This document shows positions 10,234 through 20,344 of a stretch of 64,000 bases of DNA, piece after piece. Made by a program: the position numbers and the translations under genes. The notes under the pieces are model-generated. The model was not told where the DNA came from, made no database searches, and was given only the letters and a program-made list of their open reading frames with translations. Source of the stretch: Phycisphaerales bacterium (lineage in GTDB: Bacteria > Planctomycetota > Phycisphaerae > Phycisphaerales > UBA1924). The stretch covers positions 3,072,001-3,136,000 of the forward strand of contig OZ245777.1 in NCBI GenBank assembly GCA_965227775.1, given 5' to 3'. Position 1 is the first letter of the stretch; the number at the start of each line of letters is the position of its first letter.

Positions 10234-10782
10234 ATGGGTCGACGTCAGATCCACTACGAGCACGCGTTCAAGTCGCTCTTGCGCGAGCGTGGCGTGCCCT
10301 TCGTCGCGGTCGACGAGGCTCGCCGCGCGATCCTGCCCGGCGAGCAGGCCCCACTGCAGACCACGCTTGCCGGCAAGACGAGCACCCTGAAGGCCTTCGA
10401 CTACGTGCTCTATGGCACGCCCAACCTACTTGTGGAACTGAAGGGACGCCGACTGCCCGCGGGCTCCACGCGACTGGAGAATTGGGTGACCGACGACGAC
10501 GTTGACAGCCTGCGACGCTGGTGCTCCATGTTCGGCCGCGGCTACGTCGGCAGCTTCGTGTTCATCTACGAGTGTCCGCACGAGCCGCCAACCACGCCCA
10601 GCCCGCTGTTCGAGAACGTGTGGATCTTCAAGGACCACTACTACGCCCTGCGCGCCATCGACGTCGAGGCGTACGCCGCGAACATGAAGGTCCGCAGCGC
10701 GCGGTGGCGCACGGTGTGCTTGCACAAGGCCGATTTCGAACGATACAGCGGTCCGCTGTTCACCCAAGCAGCGATTGCTTAG
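10234..10782 (+). CDS. HYExAFE family protein (planctomycete; PD-(D/E)xK-like)
   Basis: N-terminal HYEHAFK..LR...VAVDEARR; FDYVLY..LLVELKGRR. Confidence 0.8.
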   Translation: MGRRQIHYEHAFKSLLRERGVPFVAVDEARRAILPGEQAPLQTTLAGKTSTLKAFDYVLYGTPNLLVELKGRRLPAGSTRLENWVTDDDVDSLRRWCSMFGRGYVGSFVFIYECPHEPPTTPSPLFENVWIFKDHYYALRAIDVEAYAANMKVRSARWRTVCLHKADFERYSGPLFTQAAIA

Positions 10783-11963
10783 GTACCCGGGCGGGTCGGA
10801 AGCAGGTACCGGATGACCGCGCGCGAGGGCATCGGCGGGTGTTCGATCACGAGTCGAAGACAATGGAAGTCCTCGTGCGTCCAGCCCGCGCTCTCGAAGG
10901 AACGCTGCACGACCGCCGCGTATTGGTCGGCCAGCGGCGTGGCGACATCGGCCCCGCGGCCCAGGTGTACAGGGCGGTCGTTGATCGGCAGCTTCGCGGC
11001 GGGCGGGAATTGGGGCGTGTCTTGCCATGCGCCGCCGTAGATCGAGGTCTCCGCCTGGAGCGCTTCAGGAAGGTCTTTGTGCACGAATAAATCGAACAGG
11101 AGCGTCTCGACGGGCATGCTCACCGCCGCGGCAAGCCACGCTGATTCGTCAGGCCGTGTCTGGTATCGTGGCACATCGGCGCGGTATCCGAAGCCGAAGT
11201 AGCAGCCGAACTCGCCTGTCTTGCCCACCGGTCCATCGCCAACCTCGTAGGTAACCTCGTCGCCCTCCTCACGCACGAAGATCTCGGGCATCTGCCCGCG
11301 TGAAAACGACGGTAGAAAACCCCACGGCCCGTCCTCGTGCTCCTCGGCCGCAAAGCGATTCACCTGGCCTTCAAACTCGTAGCGTCCGAGGCGGAAGACC
11401 GGCCATCGAGGAATGGGCCGGAATCGACGGACGCGCTGCAAGCCGGCGATGAGCATGACGTCGAGCATGTCGGGGTTCTCGACGTTCGGCGCCAGTACCT
11501 GGGCGGACACGCGAGCCTTGGCCATCACGCCCCAGATGCCAGCGTTGCCGCGGAACGCCAGCTTCCGGCTCTTCTCCAAGCCGGTTGCAGCCATGCTGTC
11601 CAGCATCAGGTCCATGGTGGCCCGATCGCCACCATGCGTCTCCACCATCGCCTCGGTCGACGCGATCGCCACGCGGGCGCGCTGGAGAGACGCCGAGTCT
11701 GCCCCGGCCCGTTCGGTCGCCTCGAGCACGAGGTCCAACCCGGCCATGCCCGGCAGCAAGGGGAGCGCTTCGAATGCGTCTTCAGCCTGGAGCACCCTGG
11801 CGATCTTCCAGGTGAGGTTCTTGTTGAGGCCGAGGCGGCGCGAGACCTCTTGCGGCCGTTCCGGGTCGGCACCGGCCTGGCGATAGATCTCGAGCAGGGC
11901 CCCACGCAGCTCGCGGACCGACTCGCGGCAGTGATCCTCGAAACTCAGTGCCATCGTGTCCAC
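10779..11963 (-). CDS. Uncharacterised protein, putative transcriptional regulator (N-terminal HTH-like)
   Basis: 394-aa ORF; PQEVSRRLGLNKNLTWKIARVL resembles an HTH; start at 11963 or 11954. Confidence 0.6.
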   Translation of the reverse strand: MDTMALSFEDHCRESVRELRGALLEIYRQAGADPERPQEVSRRLGLNKNLTWKIARVLQAEDAFEALPLLPGMAGLDLVLEATERAGADSASLQRARVAIASTEAMVETHGGDRATMDLMLDSMAATGLEKSRKLAFRGNAGIWGVMAKARVSAQVLAPNVENPDMLDVMLIAGLQRVRRFRPIPRWPVFRLGRYEFEGQVNRFAAEEHEDGPWGFLPSFSRGQMPEIFVREEGDEVTYEVGDGPVGKTGEFGCYFGFGYRADVPRYQTRPDESAWLAAAVSMPVETLLFDLFVHKDLPEALQAETSIYGGAWQDTPQFPPAAKLPINDRPVHLGRGADVATPLADQYAAVVQRSFESAGWTHEDFHCLRLVIEHPPMPSRAVIRYLLPTRPGT

Positions 11964-12064
11964 GCTGCAGCCCCGCTAATTAGGATTTTAGTAGGATTCG
12001 ATCCGGGCACCGTGCTGCGGTGTCGCCCATTGCCCATGTTCATCTTACTCAATGTCAGTCGAAT

Positions 12065-12102
12065 TGCAAGATTCTTTGATATTTTCCCCAGAGAAACTTG
12101 CA
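12065..12102. promoter_or_regulatory. Imperfect inverted repeat, candidate operator
   Basis: TGCAAGATTCTTTG-N10-CAGAGAAACTTGCA (12/14 match) in an AT-rich divergent intergenic region. Confidence 0.5.
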
Positions 12103-12260
12103 GAGATTGGATCCGTGTGATAAACATGTTCGAATCGACGCAAATCCACCGGGCTTCTGTGCCGAACGGGCTTCGGCGCGTCGGCCGGCCTTCACGGCCA
12201 CTTGCACGCTCGAGATCGAACCAGAACGCGAGCTGACCCGTCGGCTCGGGAGGCACGACA

Positions 12261-13517
12261 ATGAAGAGTCAGAGTTTCGCCCTCGCCTTGCTCCTGACCG
12301 TCGCGGGCACCGCTACCGCGCAGGAGTTCTTCACGATCCCGGTCGGCCAAGGCCTTGCCGACGACGTCAGCAACACCGGTGTTGTTAGCGGCTCAAGCGG
12401 ATTCGGCAGCCAGTATTGGATATGGACCGCCGACGGCGGCGCGATGCAGATCGGCGGTGTCTCACCCGGCAGCGGCGTCGGCGGTCAGGGCAAGATCTCC
12501 AGCGACGGTTTGTTCATCAGCGGCACGACGTTCAACGCAGCCGAGGGGTGGCACGAGATGTCGCGGTACGACGTCGCCGCCGGCCGATGGACCGGATTCG
12601 GGCCCATCCCCGTGATTGGCACCCAGATCGACGCGGAAGTCTCCAGCGGTTGGGGCATGTCGGGCGACGGCCGACACGTTGTTGGGCTCGGCTGGACCGT
12701 TCTTGGCACCGCCGACACCCACGCAATGCAATGGACCGAGGGCGTCGGCATCACCGACCTGGGCACGGCGTTCGAAGGCCGGTCGGCGCGTGCGAACGCC
12801 GTGAATGCCGACGGCACCGTCGTTGCCGGATGGCAGGACGGCGCGACAGGCTTCCGCCAGGCAGCCGCCTGGGTTGACGGCGTGCAGGAGCTCATCTTCG
12901 ACGACGCGGGCCAGCCCGTCTCCGAGGCGTTCGACGTCTCCGACGACGGCACATGGGTCACCGGCTTCGCCGTCGGTGGTCCCTTCGGCGCGGTCGACAC
13001 CTGGCGGTACAACACCGTCACCGATGCCTTCGAGACGATCCCCAACTTCGCCGTGGGCGGCGAGAGCCGCATGGGCGCCGCCGCGATCAACCAGGACGGC
13101 AGCCTCATCGGCGGCGGGACCTGGGGCTTCGGCCCTGCAACGTTCGGCATCGGCTTCATCTGGCAAGAGGGCGTCGGCACAATGACCGTCGCCGACTTCC
13201 TGGACAGCAAGGGCGTTGGCTATCCGGCGGGCTACACGTTCTCGTTCGTGAGCGCCATCTCGGCCGACGGCAGCTGGCTCGCCGGCTGGGGCTATCCCGA
13301 CACGCTGGGCAACACGCAGACCTGGGTCGTGAATCTGGGCGACGACGCCTGCATCGCCGACATCGACGGCGACGGCGAGCTCACGTTGTTTGACTTCCTC
13401 GCGTTCCAGAACCTCTTCGACGCCGGCGATCTCGCGGCGGACTTTGACGGCGACGGCGACCTGACGCTCTTTGACTTCCTCGCCTTCCAGAACGCGTTCG
13501 ACGCCGGATGCGAGTAG
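12261..13517 (+). CDS. Secreted HAF-like repeat (beta-propeller) protein with GC-type dockerin C-terminal domain
   Basis: Signal peptide; repeated ANAVNADGTVVAG-type units; CIADIDGDG...DAGCE tail. Confidence 0.85.
   Translation: MKSQSFALALLLTVAGTATAQEFFTIPVGQGLADDVSNTGVVSGSSGFGSQYWIWTADGGAMQIGGVSPGSGVGGQGKISSDGLFISGTTFNAAEGWHEMSRYDVAAGRWTGFGPIPVIGTQIDAEVSSGWGMSGDGRHVVGLGWTVLGTADTHAMQWTEGVGITDLGTAFEGRSARANAVNADGTVVAGWQDGATGFRQAAAWVDGVQELIFDDAGQPVSEAFDVSDDGTWVTGFAVGGPFGAVDTWRYNTVTDAFETIPNFAVGGESRMGAAAINQDGSLIGGGTWGFGPATFGIGFIWQEGVGTMTVADFLDSKGVGYPAGYTFSFVSAISADGSWLAGWGYPDTLGNTQTWVVNLGDDACIADIDGDGELTLFDFLAFQNLFDAGDLAADFDGDGDLTLFDFLAFQNAFDAGCE
13350..13517 (+). repeat. GC-type dockerin tail, copy 1 (168 nt incl. 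stop)
   Basis: C-x-ADxDGDGxLTLFDFLAFQNxFDAGD twice, ending GCE. Confidence 0.85.
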
Positions 13518-13578
13518 TCCGGGCAGCGCTCTGCAGTGCACACATCGACTCGTCTGCGCGAACGCAAGAAGGAGACCC

Positions 13579-14310
13579 ATGAACAAGATCACCCTCATGT
13601 CCGTGGTCGCGGCAGCTTCCTGTATGGCACAAGCCGACCCGATCACGATCACAGTCACCGGTGAGGTTGCCTTCAACCGCATCAGTGATGGAGTACTCGC
13701 CGCGGTTTCCGCCGGCGATACCACTACGGTGACCTTCCAGGTCGACTCGGACGACTTTTTCGACGTGCTCCCGGGAGACTTGCGAAACTACCCGATGGAC
13801 AACGGCTCGTTCGACCTGGATTTCGGCTCGGCCAGCACGACAATCGTCTCGGGCACCGAGGCCTTCTTCACGCTCGTTGAAGGCTTTCCGGTCTCGGATG
13901 GCTTCATCCTCTCCACGTCGCGTACGTCACCCGGCGGCGTGCCCTTGGAGGCGACTCCGTACAACCTTGGATTCGATCTCGGCTACGAGGGCGCGACACT
14001 CGGCTCACTCGATATCGCCGACGCCATCGGCGTCTACGAGTTCGGCGGCCTGACCCGCTTCAACTTCACCATCTGGAGCATCTTCCCAGACAACGTCGCG
14101 ATGGAGATCAACTTCGTCTCGATGGAGATCGCCAGCGACGTGTGCGTCGCCGACATCGATGGCGACGGAGACCTCACGCTGTTCGACTTCCTCGCCTTCC
14201 AGAATCTCTTCGACGCTGGGGATCTGGCCGCGGACTTTGACGGCGATGGCGATCTGACCCTCTTCGACTTCCTCGCGTTCCAGAACGCGTTCGACGCCGG
14301 CTGCGAGTAA
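13579..14310 (+). CDS. Secreted protein with GC-type dockerin C-terminal domain
   Basis: AAGGAG RBS; signal peptide MNKITL..AQA; CVADIDGDG...DAGCE tail. Confidence 0.85.
   Translation: MNKITLMSVVAAASCMAQADPITITVTGEVAFNRISDGVLAAVSAGDTTTVTFQVDSDDFFDVLPGDLRNYPMDNGSFDLDFGSASTTIVSGTEAFFTLVEGFPVSDGFILSTSRTSPGGVPLEATPYNLGFDLGYEGATLGSLDIADAIGVYEFGGLTRFNFTIWSIFPDNVAMEINFVSMEIASDVCVADIDGDGDLTLFDFLAFQNLFDAGDLAADFDGDGDLTLFDFLAFQNAFDAGCE
14143..14310 (+). repeat. GC-type dockerin tail, copy 2
   Basis: Nearly identical protein sequence to copy 1. Confidence 0.85.
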
Positions 14311-14354
14311 GCACACCAAGCCGCTCTCCCTCCGCCAGCGCTCTGCGCGCTGGC

Positions 14355-14402
14355 AATCCGACCCCGTCGAGGCCGCACGCCCGACGGGGTCGGATTCGTT
14401 TT
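14355..14402 (+). terminator. Rho-independent terminator after the dockerin gene pair
   Basis: 15-bp perfect stem AATCCGACCCCGTCG/CGACGGGGTCGGATT followed by a short T-run. Confidence 0.75.
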
Positions 14403-14446
14403 CCTGCGCCCATATCCTCTCAATTCACCTCGGAGAGCCGATCAGC

Positions 14447-15265
14447 ATGACCCAGGACCTCGATCAGACCCCCGCCCCACCAGCCGCCCTGCTCGTCGTT
14501 GGCAACACCCGCGCCCGAACGGCCAGCTACGCGGACGGCTCCGTGCACCACTCGGCATCGCACGATGCCAACGACGCCGAGGCCATCGCGCAAGCCCTGA
14601 CCCCGTTCCTGGACGATCACCACGGGGCCCCTCTGCTGATTGCAAGCGTCAACCAGCCGGCCGCCCGGGCAGCGGCCGTCGCGCTCCAGGGCCACGTCGA
14701 GCACATCGCCTACGCCGGGACCGATCTTGCCCTGCCCCTGACCACCTCGGTCGCCAAGCCTGAGCGTGTTGGCATCGATCGTCTTCTGTGCTGCCTGGCG
14801 GCGTTTCGCATGGCTGAGCAGGCCTGCATCGTCATCGATGCGGGCACCGCAATCACGGTCGACTTCGTCGACGGCCAGGGAGTACACCACGGCGGCGCCA
14901 TCGCGCCGGGCGTCGCAGCGATGCTGTCTGGGTTGGAGAGCGCGGCCCCCGCGCTCCCGAAACTTGGCGCGGCGGACGCGCTCGCTATGAACCGACCCGA
15001 AGACCAGCCCTGGGGCCACGACACCGAACCCGCCATGGCGTTGGGGGTGCGCGCGGCGGCTGTGGGCCTGGTCCACGGGCTGGTCGATCGCTTTGCGCTG
15101 GCGTACGGCGGCTATCCCCGCGTCATCGCCACCGGCGGCGACGCATTACCGCTGTTTGAGAACGACGAGATCGTCGAGCACGTCGTGCCCGACCTGCAAC
15201 TGGCCGGCCTCGCCCGCGCGTACGAGGCGATGATGAACGCGGACGATGATGAACGCGGACGATGA
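14447..15265 (+). CDS. coaX: Type III pantothenate kinase
   Basis: VGNT, ASVN, VGIDR, VIDAGTAITVD, GGAIAPG, ATGGD. Confidence 0.9.
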   Translation: MTQDLDQTPAPPAALLVVGNTRARTASYADGSVHHSASHDANDAEAIAQALTPFLDDHHGAPLLIASVNQPAARAAAVALQGHVEHIAYAGTDLALPLTTSVAKPERVGIDRLLCCLAAFRMAEQACIVIDAGTAITVDFVDGQGVHHGGAIAPGVAAMLSGLESAAPALPKLGAADALAMNRPEDQPWGHDTEPAMALGVRAAAVGLVHGLVDRFALAYGGYPRVIATGGDALPLFENDEIVEHVVPDLQLAGLARAYEAMMNADDDERGR

Positions 15266-15285
15266 GGACGACGATTAAACCGGTC

Positions 15286-16260
15286 TTAGCGCGGCCGCTG
15301 CTCCCAGCTCCAACGCAGTGACGCATCGAGCGGCTCCACGCGCATGTTTGCGCGCAAGCGCTCGAACAGCGTTGCCATAGCGCGCTGCTGCGCGTCGAGC
15401 TCCAACCGCTTGACGAGTTCGCCACGGACCGACTCGAGCGATCGCGCTTCGCCGCCGCGCTCACCGGTCACGTACGCCACCGCGAAGCCTTCATCGAGCG
15501 CCACCACCGGCGTGAGCGAGCCGGGCGTCGTCTCGAAAACGGCCTTTCGAAACGCGTCGGGGTACGTCACGTCAAAGCGCCCGACCGGATCAAGCAGTCC
15601 GCCGCGCGTCGATGAGACGTCGCTGCTGTGTTCTGCCGCCAGCATCATGAAGCGGGCCTCACCCGAGGCCCGCGACTGGGTCAGGGCCGCCGCGACCTCC
15701 GCCCGCATGCGCGCCACCTCACGCTCGCTCGGCATCACGAGCACACGCACGTCGCGACGCCCGCCGTAGAGCACTTCGTACAGGCGATCGACGTCTGCTT
15801 GCGTCGGCTCCCGTGCATTCGCCTGCGTCAGCTTGCGTGCCAGGGCGTTGCGTCGAAGCAGCGCGTCGAACCACGTTGGCCCCCATCCCCGTCGAGCTCG
15901 CGCTTCGGCCACGACGATGCCGCGCTGCTGGCGCTCGGTCAGGCCAACACCGATGAGCGCCTGCTCGACGATCTCCCGCTCGGCTCGGATGTCCTCAGCA
16001 TCAACAGTGATGCCCTGCTGCCGCGCCTCGCGCGCCACGGCTCGGTCGAGCGCGATGGCCTCGAGGCCGGCGGCCCCCGCGCGCTCGGCCAGCAACGGCC
16101 ACAGATCGTCTCTGGTGGTCAGCGTTCCGTCGATGAGCGCGGCCCGTGGAGAGGCCTTTGCGCGAGGCGAAGAACTGTCGAAATCTCGCTCTTGCACATC
16201 CGAGGCACAACCAAACCCGAACAAAACAGCGCCAAACACGGCAAGGTGGCCGGATTTCAT
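15286..16260 (-). CDS. PpiC/parvulin-type peptidyl-prolyl isomerase (probable lipoprotein)
   Basis: FGFGC lipobox; FMMLAAEHSSDVSSTRGGLL; PDAFRKAVF. Confidence 0.75.
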   Translation of the reverse strand: MKSGHLAVFGAVLFGFGCASDVQERDFDSSSPRAKASPRAALIDGTLTTRDDLWPLLAERAGAAGLEAIALDRAVAREARQQGITVDAEDIRAEREIVEQALIGVGLTERQQRGIVVAEARARRGWGPTWFDALLRRNALARKLTQANAREPTQADVDRLYEVLYGGRRDVRVLVMPSEREVARMRAEVAAALTQSRASGEARFMMLAAEHSSDVSSTRGGLLDPVGRFDVTYPDAFRKAVFETTPGSLTPVVALDEGFAVAYVTGERGGEARSLESVRGELVKRLELDAQQRAMATLFERLRANMRVEPLDASLRWSWEQRPR

Positions 16261-16465
16261 GACGCTGGACGAAAAAAGGGAACCGCTGGGATGTAAAAAA
16301 GCGTGTGGCATTCCGGAATGATCGGGTAGACTGCCAAGACGTCAAGGGCCGACCCGAATATGCGTGATGGTTTTCGATCGCCATCCCTCGGGCCGTAGGG
16401 GGTTCTTGCTTCGAGGCCTCGTGGCCTCGCTCTTGCCCGGAGATCGACGGGCGGATCCAGGAAGG

Positions 16466-17518
16466 ATGGACGACATGCTGCCGATCTCAAGGCTGCACCG
16501 GCACGGGAACCGACCGGGCTTCACCCTCATCGAATTGCTCGTGGTGATCGCGATCATCGCGCTGCTCATTAGCGTCTTGCTGCCCGCCCTTGGCGAGGCG
16601 CGCAAGTCCGCGCGACTTGCGATCTGCATGGGCAACATGAAGCAGTTCGGATTTGCGACTGGCACCTATGCCGCGGACTACCAGGATCGCCAGTGGGCGT
16701 TCACCTGGAACGACGCCGACGATGCGCGTCAGTCTGACTATCCAGATCTCCGCAATCCGACGCGACCGATCGACGCGGCAGCGTACCAGGCCATGGACAT
16801 CCTCCGTCGGCGTGCCACCCGCACGCAGGGTGACATGACCGCCGTGACGAATTGGATTCCCTATGTCTACTACAGCCACCTCGTGGTGAATGACTACCTG
16901 GCCCAGAAGCTCCCCGAGAAGATGGTGGTGTCGCCGGCCGACCGCGACCGGTTGAACTGGCAGGAGGATCCGAAGAACCTCTTCGACCAGAACTACTGGT
17001 TCCCGCGTCAGCCGAGCGCCAGCTCTCGCAACAAGCGTTGGGCGTACAGCTCGAGCTACCAGCTCGTGCCCGCCGGATACGACCGTTCGCAGCGTGGCGA
17101 CCGGATCCAGCAAGGTGCGACGCACTACAACTACGCCATCCCGAACGATGTCAAGCTCGGCGACATGCGGCTGACCGACGTCGAGAGCCCGGCCCAAAAG
17201 GCACAGATGCACGACGCCGAGGGCCGGCACTTCGGCAAGAACCCGATCTGGACCGGCTATGACCAGTGCCGCCAGCCCGTGCTCGCGTGGGACGGCTCCT
17301 GCATCGTGCGCCTGAGCCAGGACTTCAACCTTGGCTGGCTGCCGAACTCCCCAACAGTGGACTCGTTCACCCGTATCAGTTACCAGCCCCGTGGCTGGGA
17401 AGCACCGACCTTCACCGGCGGCCCGTCCGACATCACGCCGGGCAAGCTCCGCTGGACCCGCGGCGGCATCAAGGGCGTTGATTTCGGTGGCACCGAGATC
17501 GACACCGGCCAGCTCTAA
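16466..17518 (+). CDS. Prepilin-type N-terminal cleavage/methylation protein (DUF1559-like), paralog 1
   Basis: [27 protein letters not shown] class III signal; C-terminal [22 protein letters not shown]; start 16466 or 16475. Confidence 0.9.
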   Translation: MDDMLPISRLHRHGNRPGFTLIELLVVIAIIALLISVLLPALGEARKSARLAICMGNMKQFGFATGTYAADYQDRQWAFTWNDADDARQSDYPDLRNPTRPIDAAAYQAMDILRRRATRTQGDMTAVTNWIPYVYYSHLVVNDYLAQKLPEKMVVSPADRDRLNWQEDPKNLFDQNYWFPRQPSASSRNKRWAYSSSYQLVPAGYDRSQRGDRIQQGATHYNYAIPNDVKLGDMRLTDVESPAQKAQMHDAEGRHFGKNPIWTGYDQCRQPVLAWDGSCIVRLSQDFNLGWLPNSPTVDSFTRISYQPRGWEAPTFTGGPSDITPGKLRWTRGGIKGVDFGGTEIDTGQL

Positions 17519-17563
17519 CAACGGAGAGCAGCGGCCTGCCGCTCAAAACTAGTGAGATTCAAC

Positions 17564-17592
17564 ACAAAGCCCGCACTGTGTGCGGGTTTTGT
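17564..17592 (+). terminator. Terminator after paralog 1
   Basis: ACAAAGCCCGCAC/GTGCGGGTTTTGT stem-loop. Confidence 0.75.
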
Positions 17593-17593
17593 T

Positions 17594-17643
17594 CAAATTT
17601 GATGCAAATTTGTCTAGACATGGCCCGGACTTTCTGGTAGGCT
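17594..17643 (+). promoter_or_regulatory. Sigma-70-like promoter of paralog 2 with palindromic sites
   Basis: TAGACA-17nt-TAGGCT; CAAATTTG twice at 11-nt period; TGTCTAGACA palindrome. Confidence 0.55.
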
Positions 17644-17739
17644 ATCTGCGTCGGGTTTCACACCGATGCGGCGCTTCGGGGCGTTTTTCGTAAGCCTCCG
17701 ACGATGCGCCGCCCAAGGCACTTTTTGGGGAGTGTGCAC

Positions 17740-18801
17740 ATGTTGCAGAGTGCATCGCAAGACGCCAGGCGTCGATCGAAGCGTTCCGATCGCCACGGCT
17801 TTACGCTCATCGAGCTCCTGGTGGTCATCGCCATCATCGCCCTGCTGATCAGCGTGCTGCTGCCGGCTCTCGGCGAGGCACGCAAGACGGCCCGCCTCGC
17901 GATCGACCTGGGCAACCTCAAGCAGTTCGGTTTCGCGCTGGGCACGTACTCGGCGGACTACCAGGACCGCATCTACGCCTTCACCTGGAACGACCAGGAT
18001 GACATCCGCCGCGGCCGCCAGAGCGACGAGGGCGGCGCACTCACCGGCGGCACTGCTATCCAAGCTTCCGCTGCGCAAGCGACCGACATCATCCGCTTCC
18101 GCGCGAACCGACCCGATTTCAACCAGCCGGGAAGTTGGATCCCCAACGTGCTGTACACGCACCTGGTTGTGAACGACTACCTGGCCCAGAAGCTGCCCGA
18201 GAAGATGGTCGTGTCCCCCATGGACCGCTACCGCCTCCAGTGGCAGGAAGATCCCAAGAACCTGTTCGACCAGAACTACTGGTTCCCCTTCCAGGAGGCA
18301 GCCAGCAATCCGAATATTCGCTGGCCGTACAGTTCCAGCTACCAGGTCGTGCCCGCGTCCTACGACGCGTCGCAGGACGGCAGCCGGATCTACCAGAACC
18401 CCAGCAGCCACAGGTCTTACTTCATCCCCGGTGGCGCAAAGATCGGTGAGCTGAAGATCACGGCCGTCGATTCGCCGGCCCAGAAGGTCTTCATGCACGA
18501 CAGCAACGACCGCTACAGCAAGCTGGAGCTGTTCTACGCGTTCCCCGATGCGAAGACCACGATCCTGATGTTCGACCTCTCGGCCAGCGTCCGCGTGACC
18601 GATGATGCGAACGTCGGCTGGGATCCGCGTGTGCCCACGCAGGACCGCTCGATGCGGTTCCAGTTCGATGCCACCTCGTCCGCTTGGGAGCCCCAGGCCC
18701 GCAGCCCGTCCGCGGTCGACGGCTACTACCGCTGGACGCGCGGTGGCCTGAAGGGTGTCGACTACGGCGGCACCGAGATCGACACCGGCCAGCTTCGCTA
18801 G
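17740..18801 (+). CDS. Prepilin-type (DUF1559-like) protein, paralog 2
   Basis: [17 protein letters not shown]; tail [34 protein letters not shown]. Confidence 0.9.
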   Translation: MLQSASQDARRRSKRSDRHGFTLIELLVVIAIIALLISVLLPALGEARKTARLAIDLGNLKQFGFALGTYSADYQDRIYAFTWNDQDDIRRGRQSDEGGALTGGTAIQASAAQATDIIRFRANRPDFNQPGSWIPNVLYTHLVVNDYLAQKLPEKMVVSPMDRYRLQWQEDPKNLFDQNYWFPFQEAASNPNIRWPYSSSYQVVPASYDASQDGSRIYQNPSSHRSYFIPGGAKIGELKITAVDSPAQKVFMHDSNDRYSKLELFYAFPDAKTTILMFDLSASVRVTDDANVGWDPRVPTQDRSMRFQFDATSSAWEPQARSPSAVDGYYRWTRGGLKGVDYGGTEIDTGQLR

Positions 18802-18864
18802 ATCTCGGAATCCACGCGTTCCGATCGTTCGGATCGCATGGCGGGAAACCGACACCAAACAACC

Positions 18865-18901
18865 ACGCCCCGCGATTTTCTCTGGAATCGCGGGGCGTTT
18901 T
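18865..18901 (+). terminator. Terminator after paralog 2
   Basis: ACGCCCCGCGATT/AATCGCGGGGCGT followed by a T-run. Confidence 0.8.
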
Positions 18902-19009
18902 CGGTTAGGCTATGTCAAGATCGTGTAAACCCCCGCCACGCGTTCGGCATTCTCCCGGATTCGGCGAGGGTTTTGTCTGGGAATGTCCTAGGACATAAAG
19001 GGGACCAAC

Positions 19010-20056
19010 ATGAAGACCGCCACCGCCGCTGCCACGGCTCGATTGCGTCAAGGGACGCGGGGCTTCACGCTCATCGAGTTGCTCGTAGTCATCGCCATCA
19101 TCGCGCTGCTCATCAGCGTGCTGCTGCCGGCACTGGGTGAGGCGCGCAAGACCGCGCGTCTGGCGATCGACCTGGGCAACCTCAAGCAGTTTGGCTTTGC
19201 GCTGGGAACCTACTCGGCCGACTACGAAGACCGTGTCTACGCCTTCACCTGGAACGACACTGACGACATCCGTCGCAACCAGCAATCCGAGGGTGGAGGC
19301 CCGCTCAGCGGGGGCTCGCCCATCGCCGCCACTGCGGCCCAAGCAACCGACATCATTCGCTATCGGGCCAACCGCCCCGACTTCAACCAGCCCGGCGGCT
19401 GGATCCCCAACGTGCTGTACACGCACCTGGTTGTAAACGACTACCTGGCCCAGAAGCTGCCCGAGAAGATGGTCGTGTCCCCCATGGACCGCTACCGCCT
19501 CCAGTGGCAGGAAGATCCCAAGAACCTGTTCGATCAGAACTACTGGTTCCCCTTCCAGGAGCCGGCTTCAAGCACGAACAAGCGCTGGCCGTACAGCTCG
19601 AGCTACCAGGTCGTCCCGGCGTCGTACGACGCGTCGCAGGTCGGCAGCCGAATCTCACAATCGACCCATCGATCGTACTTTGTGCCCGGGTCGGTGAAGC
19701 TGGGTGACCTTCGCATCACCGCGGTCGACTCGCCCGCCCAAAAGGTCTTCATGCACGACAACGTCGATCGCTACTCCAAGACCCAACTGTACCACGCCTT
19801 CCCGGATGCGAAGTGCCCGATCCTCATGTTCGATCTCTCGGCCAGCGTCCGAGTGACCGACGACTGCAACGAGGGTTGGATGCCGAATTCGCCGCTGTCC
19901 GACCGTCCCACGACGTACCGGTTTGTCGGCGGCTCGGCGTGGGAGCCCCAGGCACGGGCTGACTCGTTCGTGACCGGTTACTACCGCTGGACCCGCGGCG
20001 GCCTGAAGGGCGTCGACTACGGCGGCACCGAGATCGACACCGGCCAGCTGCGCTGA
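19010..20056 (+). CDS. Prepilin-type (DUF1559-like) protein, paralog 3
   Basis: Same leader and tail as paralogs 2 and 4; AAGGGG RBS. Confidence 0.9.
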   Translation: MKTATAAATARLRQGTRGFTLIELLVVIAIIALLISVLLPALGEARKTARLAIDLGNLKQFGFALGTYSADYEDRVYAFTWNDTDDIRRNQQSEGGGPLSGGSPIAATAAQATDIIRYRANRPDFNQPGGWIPNVLYTHLVVNDYLAQKLPEKMVVSPMDRYRLQWQEDPKNLFDQNYWFPFQEPASSTNKRWPYSSSYQVVPASYDASQVGSRISQSTHRSYFVPGSVKLGDLRITAVDSPAQKVFMHDNVDRYSKTQLYHAFPDAKCPILMFDLSASVRVTDDCNEGWMPNSPLSDRPTTYRFVGGSAWEPQARADSFVTGYYRWTRGGLKGVDYGGTEIDTGQLR

Positions 20057-20086
20057 CCGATTGAGCATCCATCAGTCGTGAACATG

Positions 20087-20120
20087 GCCGGCCGGGGTGG
20101 GAACACTCCGGCCGGCTTTT
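20087..20120 (+). terminator. Terminator after paralog 3
   Basis: GCCGGCCGGGGTG/CACTCCGGCCGGC followed by TTTT. Confidence 0.8.
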
Positions 20121-20344
20121 GTGTTAAGGAGTGATGTGCGGAATTCTGCGCGTCGGCCCTGATCCCCGGGATCCGGAGCCCATCGGGACGCGTAGAGGTC
20201 CGTCCGGAAGTCTGCAGAGGCCCGAATAAGTGGATACCGCAAGCTTCCGTTCGGTACATGGCCGAAATGCGAACCGATCCGAGTCCCACTCGGCACGCTA
20301 TCCAAGGAGCCCCCTCGTGGGAGGCAGTGGAGGACATTGCAAAC

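Noticed and set aside
13524..14346. CAGCGCTCTGC occurring after both tandem dockerin genes
   Set aside because: Only 11 nt in GC-rich DNA; chance or a duplication remnant.
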